64,000 nt of DNA, taken from positions 12,179 to 76,178 of the forward strand of contig CALXPU010000002.1 in the NCBI GenBank assembly GCA_944390455.1, given 5' to 3'. This DNA comes from an uncultured Alphaproteobacteria bacterium. GTDB taxonomy: Bacteria; Pseudomonadota; Alphaproteobacteria; RF32; CAG-239. Within the stretch, counting starts at the first letter, position 1. Each line of letters starts with the position of its first letter. Of the stretch, positions 8,871-17,593 are shown piece by piece. The notes under the pieces are model-generated. The model was not told where the DNA came from, did not search any database, and worked only from the letters and a program-made list of their open reading frames with translations. The translations under genes and the position numbers were made by a program.

Positions 8871-10262
8871 GTGATAAATTTAAAGAATATTGTTATCTCG
8901 GGTAAAGAAGTTTGCCCTATTATTGAAGGTGGTAAAGGTATTAACGGAACAGATGGTCGCAGTAGCGGTGCTTTTGCGAAAGAGGGTTGCGTTGGTACAA
9001 TTTCTTTAGTCAGCGCAGATTACTATGATGAAAACGGTAAGCCTGTTTTGGAACGTTCTCATCGCTTGAAACGTCAGGAACGTCATGAAGATTTAATTGC
9101 CGGTGCTATTAAGGGCGGTATTGCTCAGGCTCAAATTGCTCACGAAATTGCCGGAAATAACGGACGTATCCATGTTAATGAATTATGGGAATTGGCTGAT
9201 TCCGAGACCGTGATTACTGAAGTTTTAAAAGGGGCAAAAGGTTTAATTCATGGTGTGACTTGTGGTGCAGGGCTTCCTTATAAATTAGGGGAAATTGCAT
9301 CGGCTCACGGTGTTTACTATTATCCTATTGTTTCTTCTGCAAGAGCTTTTCAGATTTTATGGAAGCGCGCTTATGTAAATTATAGCGAATTTTTGGGTGG
9401 TGTTGTTTATGAAGATCCTTGGCTTGCTGGTGGTCATAACGGTCTTTCTAATGCTGAGAATCCAGAAGAACCTCAAAATCCGTATAATCGTATTAAAGAG
9501 TTGCGTGCTACACTTAATAAATTAGGTTTAAGCGAAACTCCGATTGTGATTGCTGGTGGAGTTTGGTCGCTTAGCGATTGGGAAGATTATTTGGATAATC
9601 CAGAAATTGGTAAAGTTGCTTTCCAATTTGGTACAAGACCGATGATTACTACCGAGAGTCCGATTAGCGATGCTTGGAAGCAGGTTATGCTTAAGACAAA
9701 ACCGGGTGATGTTGTTTTGCAACGCTTTAGCCCGACAGGGTTCTATTCTTCAGCAATTAAAAATAAATTCTTATCACGCTTGATTGAACGCAAAGAAGGT
9801 GAAATCGCTTATAAACTTGAAGCTGATGAGGAATTTGATACACCATTGTCTTTGAGCAATGTTAAAGAGGTATTCATTAAATCTGCTGATTTGGCTAAAG
9901 CTGATAATCAGATTAAAGCTGGATTTACAGTTATTCAAGAAACACCGGATTCAACAGTTGTCTTTTTGACACCGCAAGAATGGGCAACTATGAAAGATGA
10001 TAGAGCTAAATGTTTGGGCTGTTTGTCTCAATGTCAATTTTCTGCATGGTCTGGTGCAAATGGTACAACCGGAAAAATGTGCGATCCTCGTACATATTGT
10101 ATTCATAAGACCTTGTTTGATATTAGCCATAATGGTAAAACTGATGATAATTTGTTATTTGCAGGACATCAAGTTTATCGTTTTGGACAAGACCCGCTTT
10201 ATGCTAATGGACATATTCCAACAACGCATGAGCTGATTGAAGCTATTAAAGCAGGGCGTTAA
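8871..10262 (+). CDS. Nitronate monooxygenase / NPD-like TIM-barrel flavoprotein (long form)
   Basis: GTG start with AAGGA upstream. Motifs PIIEGGKG, GAGLPY and VIAGGVW resemble the NMO/2-nitropropane dioxygenase family. There is a Cys-rich C-terminal extension. Confidence 0.5.
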   Translation: MINLKNIVISGKEVCPIIEGGKGINGTDGRSSGAFAKEGCVGTISLVSADYYDENGKPVLERSHRLKRQERHEDLIAGAIKGGIAQAQIAHEIAGNNGRIHVNELWELADSETVITEVLKGAKGLIHGVTCGAGLPYKLGEIASAHGVYYYPIVSSARAFQILWKRAYVNYSEFLGGVVYEDPWLAGGHNGLSNAENPEEPQNPYNRIKELRATLNKLGLSETPIVIAGGVWSLSDWEDYLDNPEIGKVAFQFGTRPMITTESPISDAWKQVMLKTKPGDVVLQRFSPTGFYSSAIKNKFLSRLIERKEGEIAYKLEADEEFDTPLSLSNVKEVFIKSADLAKADNQIKAGFTVIQETPDSTVVFLTPQEWATMKDDRAKCLGCLSQCQFSAWSGANGTTGKMCDPRTYCIHKTLFDISHNGKTDDNLLFAGHQVYRFGQDPLYANGHIPTTHELIEAIKAGR

Positions 10263-10287
10263 AATAGTTGATAAACGTATAAAAAAA

Positions 10288-10311
10288 GAGAGGGCTTTCC
10301 TCTCTTTTTTT
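10288..10311 (+). terminator. Rho-independent terminator
   Basis: gagagg-gcttt-cctctc hairpin plus T7. Confidence 0.75.
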
Positions 10312-10356
10312 ATGTCAATCGTATTGGGTGAATATAGAAATCTCGGTTTGAAGTAT

Positions 10357-10382
10357 AAAAAAACTCCCGCAATATGCAGGAG
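10357..10382 (-). terminator. Rho-independent terminator for the minus-strand DedA/YqaA gene
   Basis: On the minus strand, a ctcctgc-atatt-gcgggag hairpin followed by T7. Confidence 0.7.
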
Positions 10383-10407
10383 TTTGGGGTATTTATTTGT
10401 TTATTTG

Positions 10408-11001
10408 CTATAAGAATTTTACAGCGGCAAATCCTCCGATTAAAAGTAGTAAAAAGAGAACGGAGAGTAAGTTCAAATTCTTTTCAATAAATACTTTCAT
10501 CGGGTCGCCAAAGCGTTTTAATAACCATGCAATAAGATAAAATCTCATGCCGCGGGCAATGACAGAAGCTATTGTGAACACTACTAAATCTAATTGTACA
10601 ACGCCACTGGCAATGGTGATTATTTTGTATGGGAAAGGTGTGATACCGGCACCGAAAACAATCCATGCGCCATATTCGTGATAGTAGTTTTCAAATTTTG
10701 CAAATTGTGCCATGTAGCCATAAAATTCTAGTAAAGGACGCGCTATTAACTCAAATCCATATACGCCGATAAAGTAGCCGAAACAACCGCCCAATACACT
10801 GGCTATGGTTGCAACACCGGCTATTTTATATGCCTCTTTAGGTGTGGCTAGGACCATTGGTATAATCATAATATCCGGTGGAATCGGAAAGAATGAACTT
10901 TCGATAAAAGAAATGATAAATAGCCAGGTTAACGCATTTTGTTTGGCCGCTAAGTTCAAAGTATAGTCATATATAGAACGAGTTAAATCTTTAAAAGCCA
11001 T
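10408..11001 (-). CDS. DedA/YqaA-family (SNARE-associated) membrane protein
   Basis: Multi-pass membrane protein with FIESSFFPIPPDIMIIPM, characteristic of YqaA/DedA. Confidence 0.7.
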   Translation of the reverse strand: MAFKDLTRSIYDYTLNLAAKQNALTWLFIISFIESSFFPIPPDIMIIPMVLATPKEAYKIAGVATIASVLGGCFGYFIGVYGFELIARPLLEFYGYMAQFAKFENYYHEYGAWIVFGAGITPFPYKIITIASGVVQLDLVVFTIASVIARGMRFYLIAWLLKRFGDPMKVFIEKNLNLLSVLFLLLLIGGFAAVKFL

Positions 11002-11042
11002 GTCTTTTCTCTCTTTGTGAAATTATACTACGGCTTTTATTC

Positions 11043-11678
11043 TTAATGTAAAAATTGTTCTACTTCCTTAATATTTTGAGTGTTGTCCACATAAAAAGTT
11101 TTTGGGAAAGAAAAAACTTTTTTAGATTTACTTAGAGCGGGTAAAAAGTTTATACAGATTATCTGTGGGGAGTTTCTTTTCATGTATTGTTGAGCGGCAT
11201 TGATGGTGTGAACTTCAAATATGCTATAGGGACTGTCTTTAACGGATTTACTGAAATCAGAGCGTTCGTATGGTTTTAGGTTTATGTATAAAATATGATG
11301 TTTTTTATTTCCGATACAATAAGTTTCTAGAATTTCTTTTAGTTTATTTCTTGCTTCATCATGGGTTAGATAATGGCTGACGCTTGGATGATAAATTAAA
11401 GCTCGCGGAGCATCACTGACAATGATAGAAGGTATGGTGGAGTGTTCAAATTTACTTTCCAATGAAGTGATATATTCCAAAGGAGTGTGAGGGGCAAAGT
11501 CAAAAAGCATTACGTTAGGTGTGATTTCTTTATGATATAGGGTAAATTTGTGTAGATTATCTGTATCAAATAGAAAATAGCCCATTTTTTCTAATTCTTG
11601 ATGGTAAACGGCTTTATTGATAGTGTTGTTATTGTATAAAAAAACGTTGCCCAAATTCCGCATTAAATTTCTCCTCAT
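11043..11678 (-). CDS. Hypothetical protein (211 aa); possible degenerate receiver-like fold
   Basis: NVFLYNNN...NVMLFDF...IPSIIVS resembles the beta1/beta3/beta4 pattern of a REC domain, with NN in place of the acidic pair. By-eye call only. Confidence 0.45.
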   Translation of the reverse strand: MRRNLMRNLGNVFLYNNNTINKAVYHQELEKMGYFLFDTDNLHKFTLYHKEITPNVMLFDFAPHTPLEYITSLESKFEHSTIPSIIVSDAPRALIYHPSVSHYLTHDEARNKLKEILETYCIGNKKHHILYINLKPYERSDFSKSVKDSPYSIFEVHTINAAQQYMKRNSPQIICINFLPALSKSKKVFSFPKTFYVDNTQNIKEVEQFLH

Positions 11679-11725
11679 GAGGGTGGTTTATGATGCTTTT
11701 AATATAATGCGTTTGGAGGGGCTTT

Positions 11726-12571
11726 TTAAGAGCGATTTTGTTTTAAAAATGCCTCATAAGTATTTTCTAACAGCATGGCGATTGTCATGGGGCCGACACC
11801 TCCGGGAACGGGTGTGATGTATGAGGCTTTTTCACTGGCTTCGTTATATTTTACATCGCCTTTAATACCATCATTAGTACGATTGATACCGACATCGATG
11901 ATAATGGCATCCGGCTTGATGAAGTCTTCGGTAACGAATTCAGGTTTTCCAACGGAGGCAATCAAAATATCTGCTTTCTTGCAAATCTCAGATAGATTTT
12001 TTGTTTTTGAATGGGCGATGGTTACTGTGCAATTTTCATTTAATAAAAGGTGAGATACAGGTAAGCCTACAACTTGTGAACGCCCGATAACAACGGCGTT
12101 TAATCCGCTTAAATCTTGTTTGACGGTATGGATTAAACGTAAAATTCCTTTGGGTGTGCATGGGATAAATGCGGATGGTTGTTTTTGAATAATCAAACCT
12201 GTATTGAGTGGGTGAAAACCATCAACATCCTTTTCGGGTTTGATTCTGGTTAAAATCTCTTGGGGATTTAAATGACGAGGTAGAGGGAGTTGAACCAGTA
12301 TGCCATTGACTGCGGAACTGTTGTTTAATAAATCAATGAGCTCATTTAATTCTTCTGCAGAAATGTCTGAGGTTAGGCGAAAGGTTTCAACTTTTATTCC
12401 TACTTCTTGGCAGGCTTTTTCTTTGGAGCGAACGTAAATCTCGCTGGCTGGGTCGTTGCCGACAATAATGACAGCTAATTCCGGAGAGGCTTGGGTTAGG
12501 GTTATTTTTTGTTTTAACTCTGTGCGGATTTGTTGGGCGAGTTGTTTGCCATCTAATATTTGTGCAGTCAT
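11726..12571 (-). CDS. folD: Bifunctional methylenetetrahydrofolate dehydrogenase/cyclohydrolase
   Basis: Full-length FolD pattern: ILDGK..., YVRSKEKAC, VQLPLP, GFHP, CTPKG, VVIGRSQVVGLP, TIAHSKT, DVGIN, ITPVPGGVGPMT. Confidence 0.95.
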   Translation of the reverse strand: MTAQILDGKQLAQQIRTELKQKITLTQASPELAVIIVGNDPASEIYVRSKEKACQEVGIKVETFRLTSDISAEELNELIDLLNNSSAVNGILVQLPLPRHLNPQEILTRIKPEKDVDGFHPLNTGLIIQKQPSAFIPCTPKGILRLIHTVKQDLSGLNAVVIGRSQVVGLPVSHLLLNENCTVTIAHSKTKNLSEICKKADILIASVGKPEFVTEDFIKPDAIIIDVGINRTNDGIKGDVKYNEASEKASYITPVPGGVGPMTIAMLLENTYEAFLKQNRS

Positions 12572-12576
12572 TGGTT

Positions 12577-12882
12577 TTATCCTAAAGTTGCGAGTGTTGC
12601 TTCCAATGTTGGTAAATTTTCCGTATCAATCTGTAGTTTTTTGTAACGATCTGTTTCACCACTGAGGATTGTAAAACTACTTTTGTTTAGATGCAATAGT
12701 TTGCTTAGAAATGCAATCAATTCTTGATTGGCTTTGCCTTTTTCGGGAACGGCTCTCAAATTTATTTTTAAAAACTCTTTTTGGTTACTGTCAGTGAAAA
12801 TTCCTGTTATCACATTTTTAGAAGAGTTCGGTGTTACCCGAACTCTTATTATATATCCTGAAGATGTCTTTTCGTAATACAT
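12577..12882 (-). CDS. DUF167 (YggU) family protein
   Basis: IRVRVTPNS...AVPEKGKANQELIAFLSK...SGETDRYKKLQI matches the YggU/DUF167 consensus. Confidence 0.75.
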   Translation of the reverse strand: MYYEKTSSGYIIRVRVTPNSSKNVITGIFTDSNQKEFLKINLRAVPEKGKANQELIAFLSKLLHLNKSSFTILSGETDRYKKLQIDTENLPTLEATLATLG

Positions 12883-12888
12883 TTTTGT

Positions 12889-13203
12889 TTATGAAGCGCT
12901 TGCCGGTGCTAATACCAGACGAGTTTTTTCTAAGATATGTAATACGAATAAAAGAGCTAAAATTAAAACGTATGGGGTTACGTCAAAGCCGGAAACCGGT
13001 TTAACCTTTTCACGTAGTTTTGCATAAACAGGTTCTGTAATTTGATGCAAAAATGCTAAGAATTTTTTAAATGTTGGACCACCTTGACCGATAATCTTGA
13101 AGTGCATACACCAATAGAGGGCTACATTGACAACAGCCAATATGAAGTATAACTCTAAAACGCCTTCTATGCACCATAATATGGTTTCCAGCATAATTTC
13201 CAT
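12889..13203 (-). CDS. YggT-family membrane protein
   Basis: Small two-TM protein with ITEPVYAKLR....DVTPYVLILAL. It sits next to yggU, as in many bacteria. Confidence 0.65.
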   Translation of the reverse strand: MEIMLETILWCIEGVLELYFILAVVNVALYWCMHFKIIGQGGPTFKKFLAFLHQITEPVYAKLREKVKPVSGFDVTPYVLILALLFVLHILEKTRLVLAPASAS

Positions 13204-13227
13204 AGGTCTATCTCCTTAATATATAAT

Positions 13228-14145
13228 TTATCTTCCTTCTTGTTCTTGGACGTTACTTAGAAATTGTTCTATTTCTATGTTACGTTCAGTAGCTTCGGTT
13301 TGATTCATAATATTTTCTTGTTGCAGTGGGCGTTGATTTTCTTCCGAAGCTTCTTCTAATCTGCGCATCATTTCTAGAACGACCATACGCAAATAATTTA
13401 TGTATGAATAGTCTTCTTCCAAATCTTCGTCGTTACTATGATTAATATTTAAATTTAATATCAAGTTAAAATTTGGAATATAATTTTCTTTTTGTGCAAG
13501 TAAATTTGTGCAATAATCATAATATTCTTGTATTTTGGTTCTGTCTTCTAAGGTTTTTGAATTAACTAATGTTGAGGTGTTGCGTACGATGCTACGCATT
13601 TCTCTTAATCGTGCCAGTTTGAATTTTAAAGTATCCATCTTTGCTTTGTTAGCTGCCTTTCCGGCGCCTTCGTATAAAGCTAAGCACAATAAAATTTCTG
13701 ACTCGCGGTCATAACTCATATTGATGAATTCATTACGTTCAGCGACATCTTCATGCGTTACACAGCCATCGTTCATGTGGCGAAGAATGTCCGCTGTTGC
13801 TGAAATCCAGCGATAATATTCGTTCATTGAAGAGGTTTCACAGTTGTTTTTTTCTATGAGATCGGCAATTTCCGCATCTAATGAATACGGAATGAAATCC
13901 TTATTAGCTTTATCTCGTTCAATGAAATCTGCTAAATTTTCACGTAATGGTTTTATAGGTTTCGGATTGTCATTTACTTTGGAAACATAATTTTCCGGAG
14001 CAAATACAATTTCACGACACAAGGTGTTGGCTTCTTGTTTTTCCATATCTGGATATTGTTTTTTTAAGTATTTTTGGATAACAAGATAGTAGTTTGTATC
14101 TTTATTTGAAGTTTCTTGTGTAGGGGTAGGGGATTGAGATGGCAT
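13228..14145 (-). CDS. Hypothetical protein (305 aa), acidic helical ORFan
   Basis: Long ORF packed 2 nt after the TerB-like gene and 24 nt before yggT. No domain recognised. Confidence 0.55.
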   Translation of the reverse strand: MPSQSPTPTQETSNKDTNYYLVIQKYLKKQYPDMEKQEANTLCREIVFAPENYVSKVNDNPKPIKPLRENLADFIERDKANKDFIPYSLDAEIADLIEKNNCETSSMNEYYRWISATADILRHMNDGCVTHEDVAERNEFINMSYDRESEILLCLALYEGAGKAANKAKMDTLKFKLARLREMRSIVRNTSTLVNSKTLEDRTKIQEYYDYCTNLLAQKENYIPNFNLILNLNINHSNDEDLEEDYSYINYLRMVVLEMMRRLEEASEENQRPLQQENIMNQTEATERNIEIEQFLSNVQEQEGR

Positions 14146-14147
14146 CG

Positions 14148-14594
14148 CTATTCTCCTTTGTGGTTTGTTTCTTCAAAAATTAATGCTTCTTGTTCTAACC
14201 AAATAATATGATCAATAATCCAAGAACTTATTTCACCAATTTTTTGCGGTTCTATTTGCAGAGCATCTCCGATGGAACAGATGAAGTGTCCTTCCGAATC
14301 GGAGAAGTTATTATCTGTGTAGGCAATAATCAGCATGTCTTTGATGAGCTCTAAACTTAAGCGGCGCTTAGTTATGGTCGCTATTTTATTTACACAGAGC
14401 TCGGGCGTGTATGTGAAAAATTGCGGCTCAAGTTCTAAATGCATGTCTTGGGATAATGTTTCAATAAAGCGCATCTCTTCGGGTTTTATTTTACCGTCTA
14501 TTTGAGCGAGAGTGCATAGGGTAGATAAGAATATTTCTTTTTCTTCTTGACTCGCTTGTTGGAGATATTGATTGTTTTGTTTGTATTCTGGCAT
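14148..14594 (-). CDS. TerB-like domain protein
   Basis: Two helical repeats with LAQIDGKIKPEEMRFIE and IAYTDNNFSDSEGHFI, resembling the TerB/DjlA-N fold signature (ADG-x-x-x-x-x-E). Confidence 0.5.
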   Translation of the reverse strand: MPEYKQNNQYLQQASQEEKEIFLSTLCTLAQIDGKIKPEEMRFIETLSQDMHLELEPQFFTYTPELCVNKIATITKRRLSLELIKDMLIIAYTDNNFSDSEGHFICSIGDALQIEPQKIGEISSWIIDHIIWLEQEALIFEETNHKGE

Positions 14595-14765
14595 TTCTTT
14601 CTACTCCTTTATCCCTATATTGCCAGAAAAACTCTTTTCTTGCAACATAAAAAACATTTATTGGCAAAATCAGTATGGAGAGTGCAAATTTTGTTTGAAA
14701 AAATTAAAGTTTGTTGGTATACTAATTGCCAATAATAATTGGCTTTAGGATTATGTGTTAAAAAT

Positions 14766-16097
14766 ATGGCAAAGAAATATTTTATTAAAACTTTTGGATG
14801 CCAGATGAACGTCTATGATTCTAATCGTATGGCGGTCATGCTGGAAGAAATGGGCTTGAAAAAAACACAGAGCCAACGTGACGCAGATGTCGTTATCTTT
14901 AATACTTGTCATATTCGCGAAAAGGCTGCTGAAAAAGTCTTTTCTGATTTGGGCAGGGCATATCTGATTAAACAAGAAAGAGAAGCGGACGGTAAAGATA
15001 CTATTATCGGCGTGACCGGATGTGTGGTGCAAGCTGAAGATAAAGAAATTTTGAAACGTGCTCCGTATGTTGATTTTGCTTTGGGGCCTTTGAGATATTT
15101 TCGCTTGAAAGAGGTTGTTGAGGAAATCTTTAATGAGAGAGAAAAACAACTTTTGGATACGGATTTTTCTGCTGTTTCTAAATTTGATTTCTTGCCGGAA
15201 AATAAATCTGAAAGCGGTTGTTCTTATTTAGCTATTCAAGAAGGGTGTAATAATTTTTGTACCTATTGCGTTGTGCCTTATACGCGCGGTGTAGAGGTTT
15301 CTCGTCCGGTTGAAGATGTTTTGCGTGAGGCTAGACGTTTGGTGCAAACAGGTAGTCTTGAGCTCAATCTTTTAGGGCAAAATGTTAATTCATATCACGG
15401 GGAAGATGCTTCCGGTCGTGAACGCAATTTGGCTTATTTGTTGAATAAAATTGCAGAAATTGATGGCTTACAACGTATCCGTTATACAACGTCTTATCCG
15501 GCAGATGTGGATGATGATTTAATTCGTTGTCATAAAGAAATATCTAAACTTATGCCGTATTTGCATTTGCCTATACAATCCGGTTCAGATGCTATCTTAA
15601 AGAAAATGAACAGACGGCATACTCGTGATGATTATTTACGTGTCGTTGATAAATTAAAAGATGCGAATCCGAATATCGGAATGTCTTCTGACTTTATTGT
15701 CGGCTTTCCGGGAGAAACTGATGAAGATTTTCAAAAGACTTTGGATGTTGTTAATCGGGTTAAATATATTCAGGCTTTTTCTTTCAAATACAGTCGTCGT
15801 CCGGGAACGCCTGCTGCGGTTATGGATGGGCAAATTGAAGAAAAAGTTAAAAAGGAAAGATTACAAGTTTTACAGGATTTACTGTTTTCTTATCAAACGA
15901 AATTTAATAAGGACAGTGTCGGAAAAGTTATGCCTGTTTTATTTGAAAATAAAGGCAGACATAAAGGACAGCTGGTCGGTCGTACGCCTTATATGCAAAA
16001 TTTGCATGCGGAAGCTGATAGCTCGTTACTTAATAAAATTGTTGACGTTCGGGTTACGGACGCTTCAACCAACTCATTAAGCGGGGAGGTACTTTAA
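14766..16097 (+). CDS. miaB: tRNA-2-methylthio-N6-dimethylallyladenosine synthase
   Basis: FIKTFGCQMNVYDS (UPF0004 Cys), radical-SAM CNNFCTYCVVPYTRG, and a TRAM C-terminus. The start is at MAKKYF; the upstream TTG at 14739 is less likely. Confidence 0.95.
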   Translation: MAKKYFIKTFGCQMNVYDSNRMAVMLEEMGLKKTQSQRDADVVIFNTCHIREKAAEKVFSDLGRAYLIKQEREADGKDTIIGVTGCVVQAEDKEILKRAPYVDFALGPLRYFRLKEVVEEIFNEREKQLLDTDFSAVSKFDFLPENKSESGCSYLAIQEGCNNFCTYCVVPYTRGVEVSRPVEDVLREARRLVQTGSLELNLLGQNVNSYHGEDASGRERNLAYLLNKIAEIDGLQRIRYTTSYPADVDDDLIRCHKEISKLMPYLHLPIQSGSDAILKKMNRRHTRDDYLRVVDKLKDANPNIGMSSDFIVGFPGETDEDFQKTLDVVNRVKYIQAFSFKYSRRPGTPAAVMDGQIEEKVKKERLQVLQDLLFSYQTKFNKDSVGKVMPVLFENKGRHKGQLVGRTPYMQNLHAEADSSLLNKIVDVRVTDASTNSLSGEVL

Positions 16098-16098
16098 G

Positions 16099-17064
16099 AT
16101 GGCTGAACTAAGTTTTGAACTTTTTAATAATCAATTACTTAAGGTTGTTGTCGGTGTTAATGATGAAAATATTCGTCTTATTGAGCGGATGCTTAATGTC
16201 GAAATCTTAAGTTTCGGTAATCAGATTACAATTAAAGGGGCGGCAAATGATGCCGATAATGCTAAAACCGCTATTGATATTTTGTATGAAAAAGCCAGTA
16301 AAGGGCACGTTATCGGTGAGCAAGAAGTAAAAGCAGCCGTACGTATTTGCGGTGGTGCTGAAACTCATGATGAGAAACAATCTTTGAGTGAGATTGTTTT
16401 GAAAACGAAAAAACGCTATATCTATCCGCGTTCGGCAACTCAAGCTAAATATATTACCGAAATGATGAAAAATGAATTAGTCTTCGGTTTAGGACCTGCC
16501 GGTACCGGTAAAACGTATTTGGCTGTGGCGTTGGCTGTGTCTATGATGATTGAGGGCGCCGTTGATAAAATCATTTTGTCTCGTCCGGCGGTAGAAGCTG
16601 GTGAAAACTTGGGTTTCTTGCCTGGGGATTTGAAAGAGAAAGTTGATCCGTATTTGCGTCCGCTTTATGATGCTCTTTATGAGATGTTGCCTGCTGAACA
16701 AGTTGATAAGAAATTAGCTTTAGGCGAAATTGAAATCGCACCGTTGGCATTTATGCGTGGTCGTACACTTTCTAACGCGTTTGTTATTCTTGATGAAGCT
16801 CAAAATACAACACCGATGCAGATGAAGATGTTTTTGACACGTTTGGGTGAAAACTCTCGAATGGTGGTTAATGGAGACCTTAGTCAGGTAGACTTGCCTC
16901 GTGGTGTGGTTTCCGGTTTGCGTGATGCTCTTGAAACATTGAAAGGGGTTAGCAATATCAGTTCGGTAAGCTTCTCGGCTAATGATGTGGTTCGTCATGG
17001 CTTGGTTGCTAAAATCGTTAAGGCATATGAAGAGAAAAATAAAAGGGAACGTGATGAAGAGTAA
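16099..17064 (+). CDS. phoH: PhoH-like ATPase (YbeZ)
   Basis: Walker A GPAGTGKTYLAV, ILSRPAVEAGENLGFLPGDL, ILDEAQNTT. Confidence 0.95.
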   Translation: MAELSFELFNNQLLKVVVGVNDENIRLIERMLNVEILSFGNQITIKGAANDADNAKTAIDILYEKASKGHVIGEQEVKAAVRICGGAETHDEKQSLSEIVLKTKKRYIYPRSATQAKYITEMMKNELVFGLGPAGTGKTYLAVALAVSMMIEGAVDKIILSRPAVEAGENLGFLPGDLKEKVDPYLRPLYDALYEMLPAEQVDKKLALGEIEIAPLAFMRGRTLSNAFVILDEAQNTTPMQMKMFLTRLGENSRMVVNGDLSQVDLPRGVVSGLRDALETLKGVSNISSVSFSANDVVRHGLVAKIVKAYEEKNKRERDEE

Positions 17065-17590
17065 TATTGTTCTGAACGTGGCGGTTGATAATCCGTTGTG
17101 GACGGAGGCCGTTGATTTTGACGCGGTTAAAGTTGCTGAAGAAATTAAAGATTTGGCTTTTAACTATGTTAGCGAAGTGGCTGATATTGATTTCTTGGAA
17201 CTTGCCAAAACATTTGATGTTAATGTGTCGCTTAGTGATGATGAGGAAGTTCATCGCTTAAATAAAGAATTTCGCGGAATGGATAAACCGACGAACGTGC
17301 TTTCTTTTGCTAATGTGGATGATGATGAATTTTGGGATATGTTGGATAAATCTGAGCGTTTGGATTTAGGCGATATTATTCTTGCGTTTGAAACATTGAA
17401 ACGTGAAGCAGATGAAAAGCAAATTACGGTTTATGCGCATTACTGTCATTTGTTAGTACACGGCTTTTTGCATATTCTCGGTTTTGATCATCAAACAGAT
17501 GAAGAAGCTGATGAAATGGAAGGGCTGGAGGTCGAAATCTTAGAGCAGTTCTCTATTGAGAATCCGTATGCTGATGATGCGGATGAATAG
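17054..17590 (+). CDS. ybeY: rRNA maturation endoribonuclease YbeY
   Basis: Zinc motif HLLVHGFLHILGFDH. The start at 17054 (MKSNIV) overlaps the phoH end. Confidence 0.9.
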   Translation: MKSNIVLNVAVDNPLWTEAVDFDAVKVAEEIKDLAFNYVSEVADIDFLELAKTFDVNVSLSDDEEVHRLNKEFRGMDKPTNVLSFANVDDDEFWDMLDKSERLDLGDIILAFETLKREADEKQITVYAHYCHLLVHGFLHILGFDHQTDEEADEMEGLEVEILEQFSIENPYADDADE

Positions 17591-17593
17591 TTT

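Noticed and set aside
14766-16097. Whether the radical-SAM gene could be a HydE/HydG maturase for the nearby [FeFe] hydrogenase.
   Set aside because: It has the MiaB-specific N-terminal UPF0004 Cys triad and TRAM domain, and it sits in the conserved miaB-phoH-ybeY-lnt block. It is a tRNA methylthiotransferase, not a maturase.
16982-17053. Upstream ATG giving a 202 aa YbeY with a hydrophobic N-terminal extension.
   Set aside because: The extension lies entirely within the phoH coding region in another frame and has no YbeY counterpart. The ATG at 17054 gives a normal-length protein.
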